A stretch of 64,000 nucleotides of DNA, from NCBI RefSeq assembly GCF_902652985.1, contig NC_047022.1, positions 35,650,001 through 35,714,000 of the forward strand, in the 5' to 3' direction. The translations under genes were made by a program, and so were the position numbers. Positions 38,670 through 51,529 of the stretch are shown piece after piece. Every line of letters starts with the position of its first letter. Within the stretch, counting starts at the first letter, position 1. The stretch comes from Pecten maximus (Eukaryota). The notes below the pieces were generated by a model that worked only from the letters and a program-made list of their open reading frames with translations, did not search any database and was not told the origin of the DNA.

Positions 38670-41300
38670 AATTTTTATTACATTTTTACCAGTGAAATAT
38701 CAAAAATTATTCATTCTATAAAAGTGATATTTTTCACTAGTGATTTGACCAATCAAATTAATGATTAGAAAATACCAAAATAATTGACCAATCAGAAAGC
38801 CCGACATATATGTCAGCATCTGGACAGGGGAAACTACTTTTTTTGTTTACATTAGGCCTACAGTTGGGAGCAAACTAAACTTGGTACCAAGTGCACTTCG
38901 TAGTGCACACGTAGTGAACAACGTAGTGCACTAGACTAAACATCGTAGTGCACTTGAGTTCACTACGATGTTAACTCCAGTGCATTACGATGTTAACTCC
39001 AGTGCACTACAATGTTAACTCCAGTGCATTACGATGTTAACCCAAGTGCACTATGATGTGCACTTCACTTCAGTTCTTGGGTAAATGTTATGAGCTATAT
39101 GATTTGATGTGTTGTATATTATGTGTGCAAGTCAAGTTTTGAAGGTATAGCTACTCATGTTCGTGTATGTAGCACAATTAAACCTTCTGACTCAGTACTA
39201 ATTTAGACTTGCTGACAGAGAGATTTCTTATTTAGACTTAAATAGAATATATTCTGTCAAAATGTCAGTCTTAACGTATAAAGGCCAGAGGAATTCAATC
39301 CATGCCGGATGCAGGAAATGTGTATTTTTAATACTATGCTAAAACAATATGAAATATTAAATTCCATCTTCAGACATTCTAGTGGTTTAATTTTATATTT
39401 ATTTCATGTTTGTAAATGATGTATTAATGAAACCTGACTACAGGTACATTCATCTTGCCAATTATTACTTGCATATTATGAGAGGTACCTATAGTTAGAT
39501 AAGGTATCGGTATAATGCCTGCTATAAATGGACCCCCTTGGAGTTAATTGGGGAAACCAGCCTGATCAGGTGTGACCCACACCACACAGGGTAATTAATA
39601 TGTAACAGGTATGAATGGCAGTGGTCTAGGGGTCCCAAGGGCACTGGACTGGTATCAGTCTTGCAGTTAAGGTTTTATTATGATTTAGTGGCACTATGTA
39701 ATTCATTGTGTGTAAAAGTATGTAGCTTCCCCTCAACTTATGTTAATTATTTGTTTTATATTGAATAAGCAAACAAATTTATATATTTTCCTGAAAGCTT
39801 CACATACAATGTTATAATTATAGTTATATTCATGAAATATAAATTATTAATTAATTAAGGAGTACCTAATTAAATATATATATGTAATCTCCATTGAAAG
39901 CCATGTTTGTTATAAAATGAGAAATCATTTTAGATTTCATCCATATACTAATTAGCAATACTGCATTTTGATTGTCATTTAAATAACGAAAATGAAAATT
40001 CAGTGAAACCAAAAGCAATTTTGTTTACTGCAAATACAAAATATGAAACAATTGACCAAGCACTGTTAACTATTGTAGACTGTTCACAGAACTGTATTAC
40101 ATGTAAGTTGAGTCGCGTTAAATAATTATGAAAACAGGTCAAACTGAGGAACAAGTTAATCTCCCTGTGGCTTCTCGGTTGTACCTTGTTGTGCCCATCT
40201 CCCCCACCAAAAAAGAAAGTCAAAGTGAATAATCCAACTTTAAATGTAAGTATTAATAAATTTGCATTCTTATAGATCAATATACGACACCCAGTGTTTA
40301 CCAGGTAAGACATTCTGAACTACGACACAGGTAAAGTATTTTCTTGGTCATGTGAGACTACAGGCGTGGGAGTAGAACAATAGGGGATAATTACAGGTAA
40401 GGTCTAACCAACAGATCAATTTTCACACCTTGGTCTTGTATGGTCATACCTGAGTGACCACCAGGTAAATTCCATGTAAAAGTGGTCAGTCAAATGCAAC
40501 ATTTTGTAATCAATCATTTCAGCAAAATAATAATGATAAGTAATTAACCTCCCTATAGACATTTGAAAAAAAAATCATTTGTTTATAATCTTATAAATAA
40601 AATAATGTTATAAGTAATGAAAAAGTAATCAAATTATAAATATATTTGTTTTACCTATTATTTTTAGATCTAGTCGATGCAGACATTTGGTCTAGCATGA
40701 CTGTAACTATAATTTTTGACACTTGAATTTGACCCATACTCTAATACACACAGCTTGGTGACACTTATCAAAACGACAGGTAAACTCACAAGTTTTTGTT
40801 TGGATTTTAAAAACCTTTATAATATTATCTCGAAAGTCTTATTATAAAATTATATAAACTTGCAAACCAGTATTTTTATTTCTCAATAATAATCAATAAT
40901 TTTAACGGGAAACTAATTTATACACTTATTAGGTACATACGATAAAAATTAGATTGGGGACTGATTATATATAATTACATGAGTGTTTAGGGGAGGGGTA
41001 GCCATGCATGACTAGTACAGTACCTGTACAGGTAAACCCTTAATTAAGCTTAATGCCCTTTGGCCATGCCCGGAACAGCTGGACTCCTTAGTTAGCATAC
41101 GGGGTAGGTTTTTCGTTGATAAAAAATGTAATAAACAGAATATCTAACAGTGTCTTCAGTAATACCAAATATATTTCACTCCTGTGGCTAATGTTTTGAT
41201 ATTTTTCACTCGTGCTGCGCACTTGTGAAAAATATTAAAATATTGGCCCCACTCGTGAAATATATTTGGTATTACTGAAGACACTGTTAGATATCCTCTA
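38670..41300. mobile_element. Hairpin-ended element (Crypton-like architecture), probably with internal insertions
   Basis: 14-bp IR TTTATTACATTTTT (38674-38687) / AAAAATGTAATAAA (41122-41135). Terminal hairpin with perfect 40-bp outer arms (41140-41179 / 41255-41294). GTGAAATAT arm motifs echoed at 38692-38740. Confidence 0.6.
38890..39065. repeat. 11/22-bp tandem repeat (GTGCACTACGATGTTAACTCCA)
   Basis: Seen directly. Confidence 0.85.
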
Positions 41301-41789
41301 TTTCACCTGATGGTGTCGGCCAATGCACTTGGCAGTACTCCTTTCTTGGACACACTCTACACCAGTTTGTAGTAGGACAAGTCAGGGCTCTGGGCCAATC
41401 ACACACTACTCTGGATATTATAGTGTGTCTCGAAGTCCCACATGTGTTGTCAACCCAACTTCTGAAGGTTACACAACTGTACGAATTGTGTTGGTTAATG
41501 AAGATTAAATAACAGACTCCAAAACATTAAGTTAACATTATATCTAGTTGGGATGACGATGGAATATATATATATACAGATGAATCAACACTTGTGCCTG
41601 CACTTATATACATGCAGTACCACACGGACCGGTGATGGGTCGTTTCACCCTAAATCTTGTTCGCCCTAAGGGTTGTTTTGCACTAAATCATATTCGCCCT
41701 TATTTTTCATCAGGTTGTATATATTTCTGTACAGATTATTAAACAAGTTACTAAACATACCAAACTTAAAATGTATATTCCTTTTCAAT

Positions 41790-42500
41790 ATGACAATATA
41801 TTTTATACATTTTTGTAGATCTACCTGGAATTGGGCACAAGTTATCAAACTTATATTAAGCCCTTTCCCTATATAATTTTACATACATATTAATACATTT
41901 ATTTTTACAAGATGACATAAATGATTTACAAAAAAATCATTATGACGATAGATTATCAAATGAATAAACAATTCAAGTAAACTATTCCAATAAACTATTC
42001 CGATGCCGATAGCAGAAGTTCACACTATTCACTTTTCAAAACACTCTGATCTGCTGTTTCTAAAGTTCATCACATATCCTGTGCCATGGTTAGCTCTCTC
42101 CGTTCGCTTCCTATGCCTCCTGGAAATTTGATTCTCTTTTGCCATCGGCATCGGAATAGATATGATAAGCACACATAAATTTACACAGATATAGATATAG
42201 AGAGATAAGGGGAATTAAAATCTATACGATAAAACACATGAACAATAGTGCATCAAACACAGTCATTAGTACAGGTATTGTTATATTTTGAGTATAAGTG
42301 ATACTTGGACAAGGACGAACGGAAACTTTTCCTTTAATCCACGGTAATTCCGTATAATGCTGAAAGTGACTATAACCTGACAAAAAAATCTATTTCCTAA
42401 ACTAAAAAAAATATTTGTGCATGAGTAAATATTCTTTGCATACATGGCATTTTATAGTTTATGTATTGAAATCTAGAGTATTTTGATTGAGTAACAATAT
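41790..42500 (-). mobile_element. 3' end of a diverged LINE related to 19384-21387
   Basis: Reverse complement contains GGGAAAGGGCTTAATATAAGTTTGATAACTTGTGCCCAAT (cf. 21306-21345) and a homologue of 20988-21133 at 42000-42154. Confidence 0.75.
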
Positions 42501-42779
42501 TACATGTAATTTGATATATTTAGTAGAAAGAGACAGGCAGACTAACATCCTTAAAAAAAATAGTAATAATCAAATATATTTGTAGGAAAGAGTCAGGCCT
42601 TAAAAAACATTAAAGAAAACCAGACTGACGTTTTCAATAGGTATGATAGGTTGTATAGGAAAAGGAGTTACCTCCCTTGCAAAGTTGTTTTTTTGGTTTT
42701 TATCAGGCCTTATGTCGTAATATTTACAAATTAATGATCACATTACATACAAATTGATGTCATAGAAGTGAATTTTATT

Positions 42780-42861
42780 TGTATTTGAGTATTTATTTTG
42801 TGTATTTGAGTGTATTTGAGTATATTTGAGTGTATTTGAGTATATTTGAGTGTATTTGAGT
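42780..42861. repeat. 12-bp tandem repeat (GTATTTGAGTGT-like)
   Basis: Seen directly. Confidence 0.8.
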
Positions 42862-43473
42862 AAAAAGTCAAGCCCTGGAAACTGAACGCACATGTTCATT
42901 TATCACCGAAGCCAAGAGCGGACATTCTAGGCCTACTATCAAGAAAACAAAACATCGTAACACATTGGATTGATACCAATGAATGTTAATTTGTGACTTG
43001 AAGCTACTAAATTGAAAAGAAAACACCAAACAATGTGTCGCCCAGGTTCGCAAAGACCTGATGACATCACATACCTGAAGTCTACCGTACTATCACCGGA
43101 CAATCCAATCCAGTAACGCACAGTTTACACAAACTATTCCATTAACGTGTAGTGGTATCTTACAAAAAAAGAAGTTGAATTAACCGGCAAGTTTTGCTTG
43201 GATTTGATTACACTAAGTAGGCCTAAACCAAAACAGTTTTCACTTACCAAAACTATGTTGAAACGAAAGTGAACCAAATACGGAAGTGTAGTTACGATTG
43301 TAATTAACGCAACCGTTCGTGACAAATCCGGATTAGGATAGACCATATGTATTTTGCTAACTAACATTTGAATGGAAAACATTAGGAAAATTCAAATAAA
43401 AAAAAAGAAATAAAATGATATATGTGTTTTTAACACATTTCATCGTTATACGTAGGTTAATTACAGGGAATGC

Positions 43474-44485
43474 GGGTCTCACTAGTTACCGACAAGAGCC
43501 GACAAGAGCCGACAAGAAACTAGATTTACCGACAAGAGCCGACAAGAAGTTAGAATTACCGACAAGAAGCCGACAAGAAAGGAAATGAGAGATAAAATAG
43601 TTTTTATTTATTAATACAATGTAAGATTTGTTGATTTTTTTTATTTAGGAATATTTTGTGGTCTGAAATAATGGTTGTGACAGGTAATATTGAGCCGACA
43701 AGAAGAATAGATCTACCGACAAGAGGCTTGAATTAACGACAAGAAGCCGATAAGATAGAAAATGAAATACAAAATAGTTGCTTTTTTAATTTATTTATTT
43801 GTACGAAGAAATAACCTTTCTATTCTTTCTTGTCGGCTTCTTGTCGGTAATTCTAACTTCTTGTCGGTTTCCGTTCAATGCAGTGAAATTATTAGAAACG
43901 AAGATACAGAAACAATTGTATCAATCATTTTCTGGTAATGCAATCATTGTCGATATATACATGTATTACTACATTGTACGTGTAATTAAATTAGTATAAA
44001 TCAAGAAATAAAAAAGATCGTATTGTTCATTTTCTTGTCGGCTTGTCGGTAGACTAATTATAACCTCTTGTCGGTAAATCATATTTTTTTCTTGTCGGCT
44101 CAATTAACTGTCGCCAACATTACATTAGACAACAAAACAATCCAAATAGATAATAAATAACTAATAAATGAACAAATCAAACATAGTTTTGATAAATAAA
44201 ATGTGTTTTATCTTTTATTTTCTTTCTTGTCGGTAATTGCAGCCTCTTGTCGGTAGATCTATTTTTCTTGTCGGCTCAATATTAACTTTCGCCAACATTA
44301 CATTAGACAACAAAATATTCCTAAATAAAAAAAATCAACAAATCATAGATTGTTTTAATAAATAAAAACTATTTTATCTCTCATTTTCTTTCTTGTCGGC
44401 TTCTTGTCGGTAATTCTAACTTCTTGTCGGCTCTTGTCGGTAAATCTAGTTTCTTGTCGGCTCTTGTCGGTAACTAGTGAGACCG
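43474..44485. mobile_element. Foldback DNA transposon with long modular TIRs (CCGACAAGA repeats)
   Basis: GGTCTCACTAGTTACCGACAAGAGCC... inverted at both ends over more than 200 bp. 8-bp TSD GGGAATGC (43466-43473, 44486-44493). Confidence 0.88.
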
Positions 44486-44852
44486 GGGAATGCTAGACGC
44501 CTCGGCACCTTATTTCGGCACTTGCACATCTCGGCACTTTTTTGTCCAGATGAGCGGGTTGTATGTATGTTTCGGCCTTTAGATATTGTTGGTTATCTTT
44601 TCTTTTGTTACTAAGTGGTTATATCTTAAAAATCTAAAAGACCAACAAAAATATTCTCCTTAGATATTCGACTTGAAATAAATCTCTATGGTCCAGAAAG
44701 CTAAGTTATCATTCTTTAATGGAGCAATGTTGATCCAGTAATCAAACAAATTATATAAGATATCTTATATACTTAAGAGATACGGTATCTTATATACTTT
44801 ATGAGATATGTTATAAAGTAAGTACGATACATTGTATAAAAATTATGTATCA

Positions 44853-44932
44853 TATCGCGCGGGAAGGATGTCATAATTAAATATTTTTGCCTAGGCAAAA
44901 ATATCTAATTATGACATCCTTCCCGCGCCATA
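44853..44932. mobile_element. 80-bp minimal palindromic copy of the 1941-2288 element
   Basis: Both TIRs joined at a single GCCTAGGC; flanked by GTATCA / GTATCG. Confidence 0.85.
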
Positions 44933-45859
44933 GTATCGTATACTTTATAAGACATTTGGATTACTTGATTAGCATTGCTCCATGAATTAATGACAACTTG
45001 GCTCGCCATAAAGTATGTGTAAGAAACTGCTGCTTATAATCAATGTTCTTGAAACTATCGCATATACAATCAAAGAAGTGAAATGCTAATGACAATACTG
45101 ATAACAGTATTAACCAAACTGTGCGCATGTCATGTGTATTGCACACCACATTTGTTGTTTTAAATTGAATAATTATAATTATTAAAATCTTTAATAGAGG
45201 TCTACCTAGTAACTGGTAAAGGCCCTTAGGTAATTTAAAGACAAATATAAATGACGGTCCTTGGGCGGAGAAAAATTAAGAAGTTTTCAATTTCATAATT
45301 GAAAAAAAAGTAGCAGAACAAACGATTGTCATTTATCCTGTCCTTGTTATTTTAGGGCCTATACATAATAATTATGTACTAGGTATTTAACTGCAATGTG
45401 ATATTATTTCAATTTAAAACTATATAGGGACTGAATGATTTCTATGGTGACTATGAATAGCAGTAATTATCCACATACCTTCATTTTATATACTTATATT
45501 AGGGCGATTTAGAATAAAAACATAAAGAACAGATTCGTTAAAAAAGCTTTTCTTAGCTGTATACGAAAAGATGATAAATTAATGAAATAGCCGGTGATCC
45601 CACCAATGTGCCATCGTTTACAGTGTCCTTTCGCTTCGCAGTTTCCAGTAATTTTGTTTGTGTTTGTTTGTTTGTTTTTTGTTTGTATTTTGATGTTTTT
45701 GTTTGTTGTTTTTTTCGTTTTTTATTTTATTCAAAACTAAAAGAATTCCAATCAATAGTTCGTGTTAAATTAGATTCAATGTATGTAAATAGATGGCAAA
45801 GAAAACATAATTTACAGTAATGAAACAGGGAATATTTTACCGGCGTATAGAGATTTAAC

Positions 45860-47150
45860 TTCTGACCACAGCAATTGCGCTGGTTGATATCGCCAGATAT
45901 TCATCCAGGTCAAATGACGTTCCTCAGTCTCCCATCTTTTCCATGCGCCAGACAACCCATCTCCTCCTCCTCCTCCTCCTCCTCCTCCTGAGTTCTAATA
46001 CACTCCTTACCATCCCCTCCTCTCCTTTGTGTTTGCCATTCTCTATGATTATCTGCGAGTTTTTACTATACCCTGTCTGCCCTGACATACTTTCCCAACT
46101 GTATATTTATGTCTCGGCCAGCTTTCTGCGTCCTCTAAAGCCCTGTTTGCCGACCACTTCCTCCTGTTTTGACAGGAACGCCGGCCTGCCTGACTTTCAC
46201 ATCATTTGAAATCTTCAGTGTCATGATGAGTCTGGCCTTTCCTTCCTTGTATTCCTCTAATAACGAGGTGATTGGTAATTATTGTACATGTAGCTTGGAC
46301 GTTCTGCTATACAATCCTACGTCAGAAAAAGATGGTGGCATTCCAAGCCAACTCCGTAAATGCCTGTTCTTGTTACCCCATCTCGTATAGCATCAGTGGT
46401 CAGGTCAGCTGGGGAAGCATTCCATGCTCGAATATCCAGGCCTTGTACTTGCCAGGTAGTCCAGTCTTGTCGATATTCCTCATCCCCTCTGATGTTTGCT
46501 GCTCTATTCGCTTGATGCTGCTAGTTTCACGAAGGCATTCATCGTACCATTTCCCAATGCATTTGATCTGATTGCCGACTATCGACGGAATCGTCCATTC
46601 TCTAGCCTCTGCTACGAAGTCGTAAAGTCATCTACAGAGAATCGAAGTTGAATACCGCTAAAATAGCTTCTGATCATTCTCTGTATGTGGTCTGGGTATA
46701 GTGCCGCAGTGCCTCCTCCCCAGTTTGTGGGGGACTGTTCCGTATACAAAATGTACATTAGCCAGATCGAGCCAAACGACATTCACGTCTCCTCTATTCA
46801 CCCTTGCTTCGTCAATGAGTTGACTGATGATGCTGGTAAGTTCCATACATCATAAACCCCGGAATCCCTCCTTTCTGTTCCGATGTGTCTACATACTGGT
46901 TGGACATCATCTTTGTTGTTAAACGCCGCGCCAGCACTGAGAAAAAGATCCTCCCTTCCACATTTAGCAAAGAGATTGTCCTGAACTGCCATATCTCCTT
47001 GGATGTTTTTTTTGGTACAAAACACCCTTCTACCTTTTTGCAGCAATAAGGTATAACTCCCTGCCTCCAAATGATCTTCAACAGCAGTCACAGGTGCCAC
47101 AGTAGCTTTGGATACTTGTATGGTATTCCATTTGGTCCTATGGCAGATGA
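45860..47150 (-). mobile_element. Degenerate non-LTR retrotransposon, Hero/NeSL (R2-superfamily) like RT
   Basis: Frameshifted peptides QFRTISLLNVEGRIFFSVLARRL, QKGGIPG, VVWLDLAN..YGTVPH and LPGKYKAWIFEHGMLPQLTWPLMLYE. Confidence 0.8.
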
Positions 47151-47326
47151 CGCTCAAATCAGCACGTGAAATGAAGTTTTCATACTGTATTCATAATGTT
47201 TTCATACTGTATTCATAATGTTTTCATAGTCAAATGCGTGTTGTTTTCACTTAGTATATCCATATAAAGAAGCAACACTCAGAATGTAAATATATGGCTA
47301 TAATACTACGATGACATAAACAACAT

Positions 47327-47990
47327 ATATATGGATTGAATAGATTTTTTTTAATTTTCATTGCGGCTATGAATACCAGTAGCTAGCTACATGTCCCGTG
47401 GCGCGCGGTAGCCTCGGAGGATATGTAGCTAGCTACTGGTATTCATAGCCGCAATGAAAATTAAAAAAAATCTATTCAATTCATATATTTACATAACCTT
47501 GATTTAAAAAAATTATATCGAGAAAACGAGAAATTTTATTAAAAAGAAAAATTAGTCATGTATACTACGAAACGCCAAATTATTAGAACAGCCGGGAGAT
47601 CCCGCCTATGCACCGCGCCATTGTTTTAATGTCGTTCCGCATTTTCCGGTCTTTTTTGTTTAATTTAGACGGGTTGTTAAAAGAACGAATGAGAACAGGT
47701 GTAGCACGGCCAACCGCACACAAAGAAATCATAACACCATTAGATCTAAATAAAATATATCTCAATATTTTTAACACTTATCTCGTACCAACGTTATCGA
47801 TCCAAGGGAAGCTACTCTTCCTGTCTTATTGTCGATGGCGTATTAATATGACCCGATTAATCAGGTGATTTGCACGAGAGACAATGTTTTCATACGGTTT
47901 TCATAGTGTATTCATGGTCATATGTTTGTTGTTTTCACTTGGTATGTTCATATCAGCAAACCACATTAGGAATGTAAATATATGTCTATA
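47327..47990 (+). mobile_element. Hairpin-ended element carrying a Crypton/DUF3504 tyrosine-recombinase-like remnant
   Basis: 70-bp arms at 47327-47396 / 47419-47488 (2 mismatches). Perfect 13-bp IR CATATATTTACAT (47482-47494 / 47972-47984). Peptide LDGLLKERMRTGVARPTAHKEIITPLDLNKI (47665-47757). A second right end lies at ~47175-47300. Confidence 0.65.
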
Positions 47991-48651
47991 TCTTTTGTAA
48001 TGAAGTAAAACAGTTATTTATATCAAATGATTTAAATACAACACATTAAAAGAAAAGCATTATAAACTACATTCGATAGTAAAAGAAAAAGAAGCACTTC
48101 ATTTGAATTGAATTTAAAGCAATTTTATTTCATAAAAGATACACAAAAGGTACTGCAGTTCTGAATAGTATCATTCATTGTGAACTTCATACAAGGCTAC
48201 TCCTACGACACAGATGTGTACGTTAGTTATCTTTTATAATACAATGAGTAATCGGTCATACATGTATGCAATTTCGCTGTTCATGATGTAGTATTTTGTT
48301 TTGTGATTCATAACTTCCGTCCGGCGAGGTCTTTCGAATTGAAATCAGCGGCCATTATTCTTATCTACTTTGTACCTTTAATCATTAAACGGTCATATAA
48401 TTTGTTTCTAGGAAGACATATTTCAGCCAATTGATGGTAATATCAACGTCAGTTTATTCATTAACAACCGTCATTAACTTAAAACGAGTCTAGCTAGCCA
48501 TATTGTTTATTATCCTTTTACATCGGCTCTTTGATAATTAGCGTGAACGTTTTAGGCTGTTTTTGAAATAGAGATACGGTGTGCGTATTTCGGATCGTTC
48601 ATGCTGGCCTTGTAAACGTGGTTATGTGATACAAACAATTTGATGTTAACA

Positions 48652-48882
48652 TTTGGTTTGTTTCTGGTTTGTTTTTTGTTTAACGTCCTATTAACAGCCA
48701 GGGCCATTTCAGGACGTGCCAGGTTTTGGAGGTGGAGGAAAGCCGGAGTACCCGGAGAAAAACCACCGGCCTACGGTCAGTACCTGGCAACTGCCCCACG
48801 TAGGTTTCGAACTCGCAACCCAGAGGTGGAGGGCTAGTGTTAAAGTGTCGTGACACCTTAACCACTCGGCCACCGCGGCCCC
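48652..48882 (-). mobile_element. Full-length tRNA-derived V-SINE (same family as 25387-25610)
   Basis: GGGGCCGCGGTGGCCGAGTGG head, box B, V core and tail. Perfect 11-bp TSD TGATGTTAACA (48641-48651, 48883-48893). Confidence 0.93.
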
Positions 48883-49376
48883 TGATGTTAACAATTTCGA
48901 AAAGTACTTTAAGGAAAGCACATTTATGAATATTTAACACATTAGTCAATGTACGTTCATTATATTTCAGTACATTTAGATCTGTACGATTGTGAGTGTA
49001 ATATCATGTAGTTCTTACTATGTTATCTAATCACTCGATTGTCTTTATCCTAATTCTCATTTTTCAAATTATCTAATCATTAGAATAACCAAGACCATTC
49101 ATACTACCGCACTTATTTGTTTGATAAGACAACCCGTATGGTCTTGGAATAAAAAAAGTAGATGTGGCAGGTGTACCGAGATAGTACACAAACCCCACCA
49201 TATCAATCTTTATAAGATTATAACCTTTCATATGCAAGAGCCTATTTACCAAAGGATAGTACCAGGTCTGCTTTGGAGATCCTTATCGACAGCTAATGTA
49301 ACAAGAGGCCCAAAGGGCTCGGACTCAATCAGAAGTTTAGTAAGTAACGATACCATTTCCCGCATTTTGATGTTGA

Positions 49377-49568
49377 CAGTGGCGTAGATAGACCTGATCT
49401 GATGTGTACGCAGATGTGGTGTCGAAAGTGAGGGGGGTGGTGTGGGGGGTGGGGGGGTATGGGGAAAACATATTTAAAAAAAACAATGACAATCAAAGCT
49501 TCAGGATCCTTTTTTTTTTAATTATGTGTACGCACTTGCGTACCCGCGTATAGGAAGCTACGCCCCTG
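49377..49568. mobile_element. Small MITE
   Basis: TIR CAGTGGCGTAG / CTACGCCCCTG, flanked by the direct repeat GTTGA. Confidence 0.55.
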
Positions 49569-49738
49569 GTTGACCTTTTAATTTGTTAGTGATGTGTAAG
49601 GCGATTGTCTGCATTATTTTTCTTAAACAGTAATACAGTTCAAAGTCAATCAAATGATGGAACAAACATGAAGTCTATCCAAGGTTCCTCCTGTCCAAAT
49701 ATCAGTACCCGGCAATTTGTTTTTGAATTTCCAGGAAG

Positions 49739-50975
49739 ATATATTTACATTCTGTGTTGCATTTGTCTATATGTCGTTAGTAAACCAAATTGTATTCATG
49801 AGACTGTATACTACAATTTACAGTGATTCGGTCAGTGTAGGAATACAGCTCCAAGTGTTGTAGGTTAAACAATGGCCGCCAGTTACTTTCGGCCTAGAGA
49901 GCTTTGGAATGCTAGCACTTATTTACAGAAGCCACAACGAAAAATAAAGCAACATCACAAGTTATGAGAGTATCATTTTATAACTCGAAAAATGTAGTCA
50001 ATACGAAATTACTATAAGTGCCATTCTTGATCTATACGAAATATGATCAAATTGTCAATGTCGTCACACTCACACTCACAGGGTCTCGTTCCGAATTTTC
50101 AGAAATGCAAGATACAACAACAATAAAAGTAATGTATTTAATTGATAAAATCAATCTTGTATAAATATCGGGAGTATCGACATGGTTTCCGGTTGTGTGT
50201 GTGTAGGCCTACTGGATTTTAGTTTTGTGGTTATTAACTGATGTCAAAGGCCTACCTTACGAAATCGAGCCCCTGTGAAGTTGAAAATCGTCTGCTAAGT
50301 TAGCCTAGCGACACTGAGTTGACCGGTTAGACTGGAATCTGTTTCGAACGAAATATCCTTGGAATCGTTTTCCCCTACTGACAAGACGACTTTCAGTTAG
50401 AATCTAAACGCTGGTATTCTTCTTAAAATAACGTAAATCCAGTCGATAGAAACATAAGTGTTTCCGAGGAATCGAGTCTGTCTTGGGCAATGCCCGTTCA
50501 AAGCCGCATCACTTCTAAATGTTAACTTTATATCATTGCGCAGAAAAAACGGTTTCGATTTTGAACAATCAGAAATTATGCAATTGTGAACAATTTGACG
50601 ATACCTACAAGCGTATATGAAATAAAAAATAAAGCCAAATTGTACAAAAACGATCTTATGTGCTTGCTATTAATAACGTCATCAGGGACTATATTATTCC
50701 TTCTGGAAAATTCGGCTGTTCCGGTATTTGAACTTGATGACGTCAGTGATAGGGTAAGCGGCAAATTTAAACGCTTCATAACCTACAGTAAATAAAAAAT
50801 CTTTATGAATGTAAATATGAGCATTGAACTGTTACCAAATGGTAGTATACAGTCGATATGAATACAATTTGGGTGACAGATAAATATTTCATGTCGGGCG
50901 GCATTCTATTTATCTGTCACCCAAATTGTATTCATATCGACTGTATACTACCATTTGGTAACAGTTCAATGCTTA
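49739..50975 (-). mobile_element. Hairpin-ended element (Crypton-like architecture)
   Basis: Perfect 67-bp arms at 50820-50886 / 50907-50973. 12-bp IR ATATTTACATTC (49741-49752 / 50807-50818). Partial arm copy at 49785-49814. Confidence 0.7.
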
Positions 50976-51529
50976 AATAGCACCCGTCCGTTCATCCGAC
51001 CTAACGTACAAGATCAATTTGTTTTGTCTCTGAACTTGTGGGTTATGAACTACAACTCGTATTGAAGTATAAAATTCATTTTAATATCCATTCATTTGGT
51101 TGCTGTAAAAGCACATGCGTAAGGTCTAATAATGAATTGTGGGAGGAAATACCAGTTAACGTCACTGTTGTCTTCTACAGCCATCGAAGATAGTATTATG
51201 GAATGAAAGACATGTGGTCGTTTGTAATTTACTTGTCTTGATTAAGAGAAAACTTGCCTAGAAAGTTCGACAATTAACGTGTCTGTACTGTCGTTATTTA
51301 ACATGACCAGACCATTTACTTATTTCTCGTGAATACGCAACAAGCGAATGTCGGTTTGTTAGGATACAATGTATAGTATAAATATATAATCTAGATAGGT
51401 CATCACTGGGAAATCAGGCTAATCAGGTTACCGTATTGTCTTCATATGAAGCTACAATGTAAGTTGATACCCTTGGATTTTATGTACAGTTTCATTTAAC
51501 ATGTACAGTATACAATTACAAAAGTGAGT

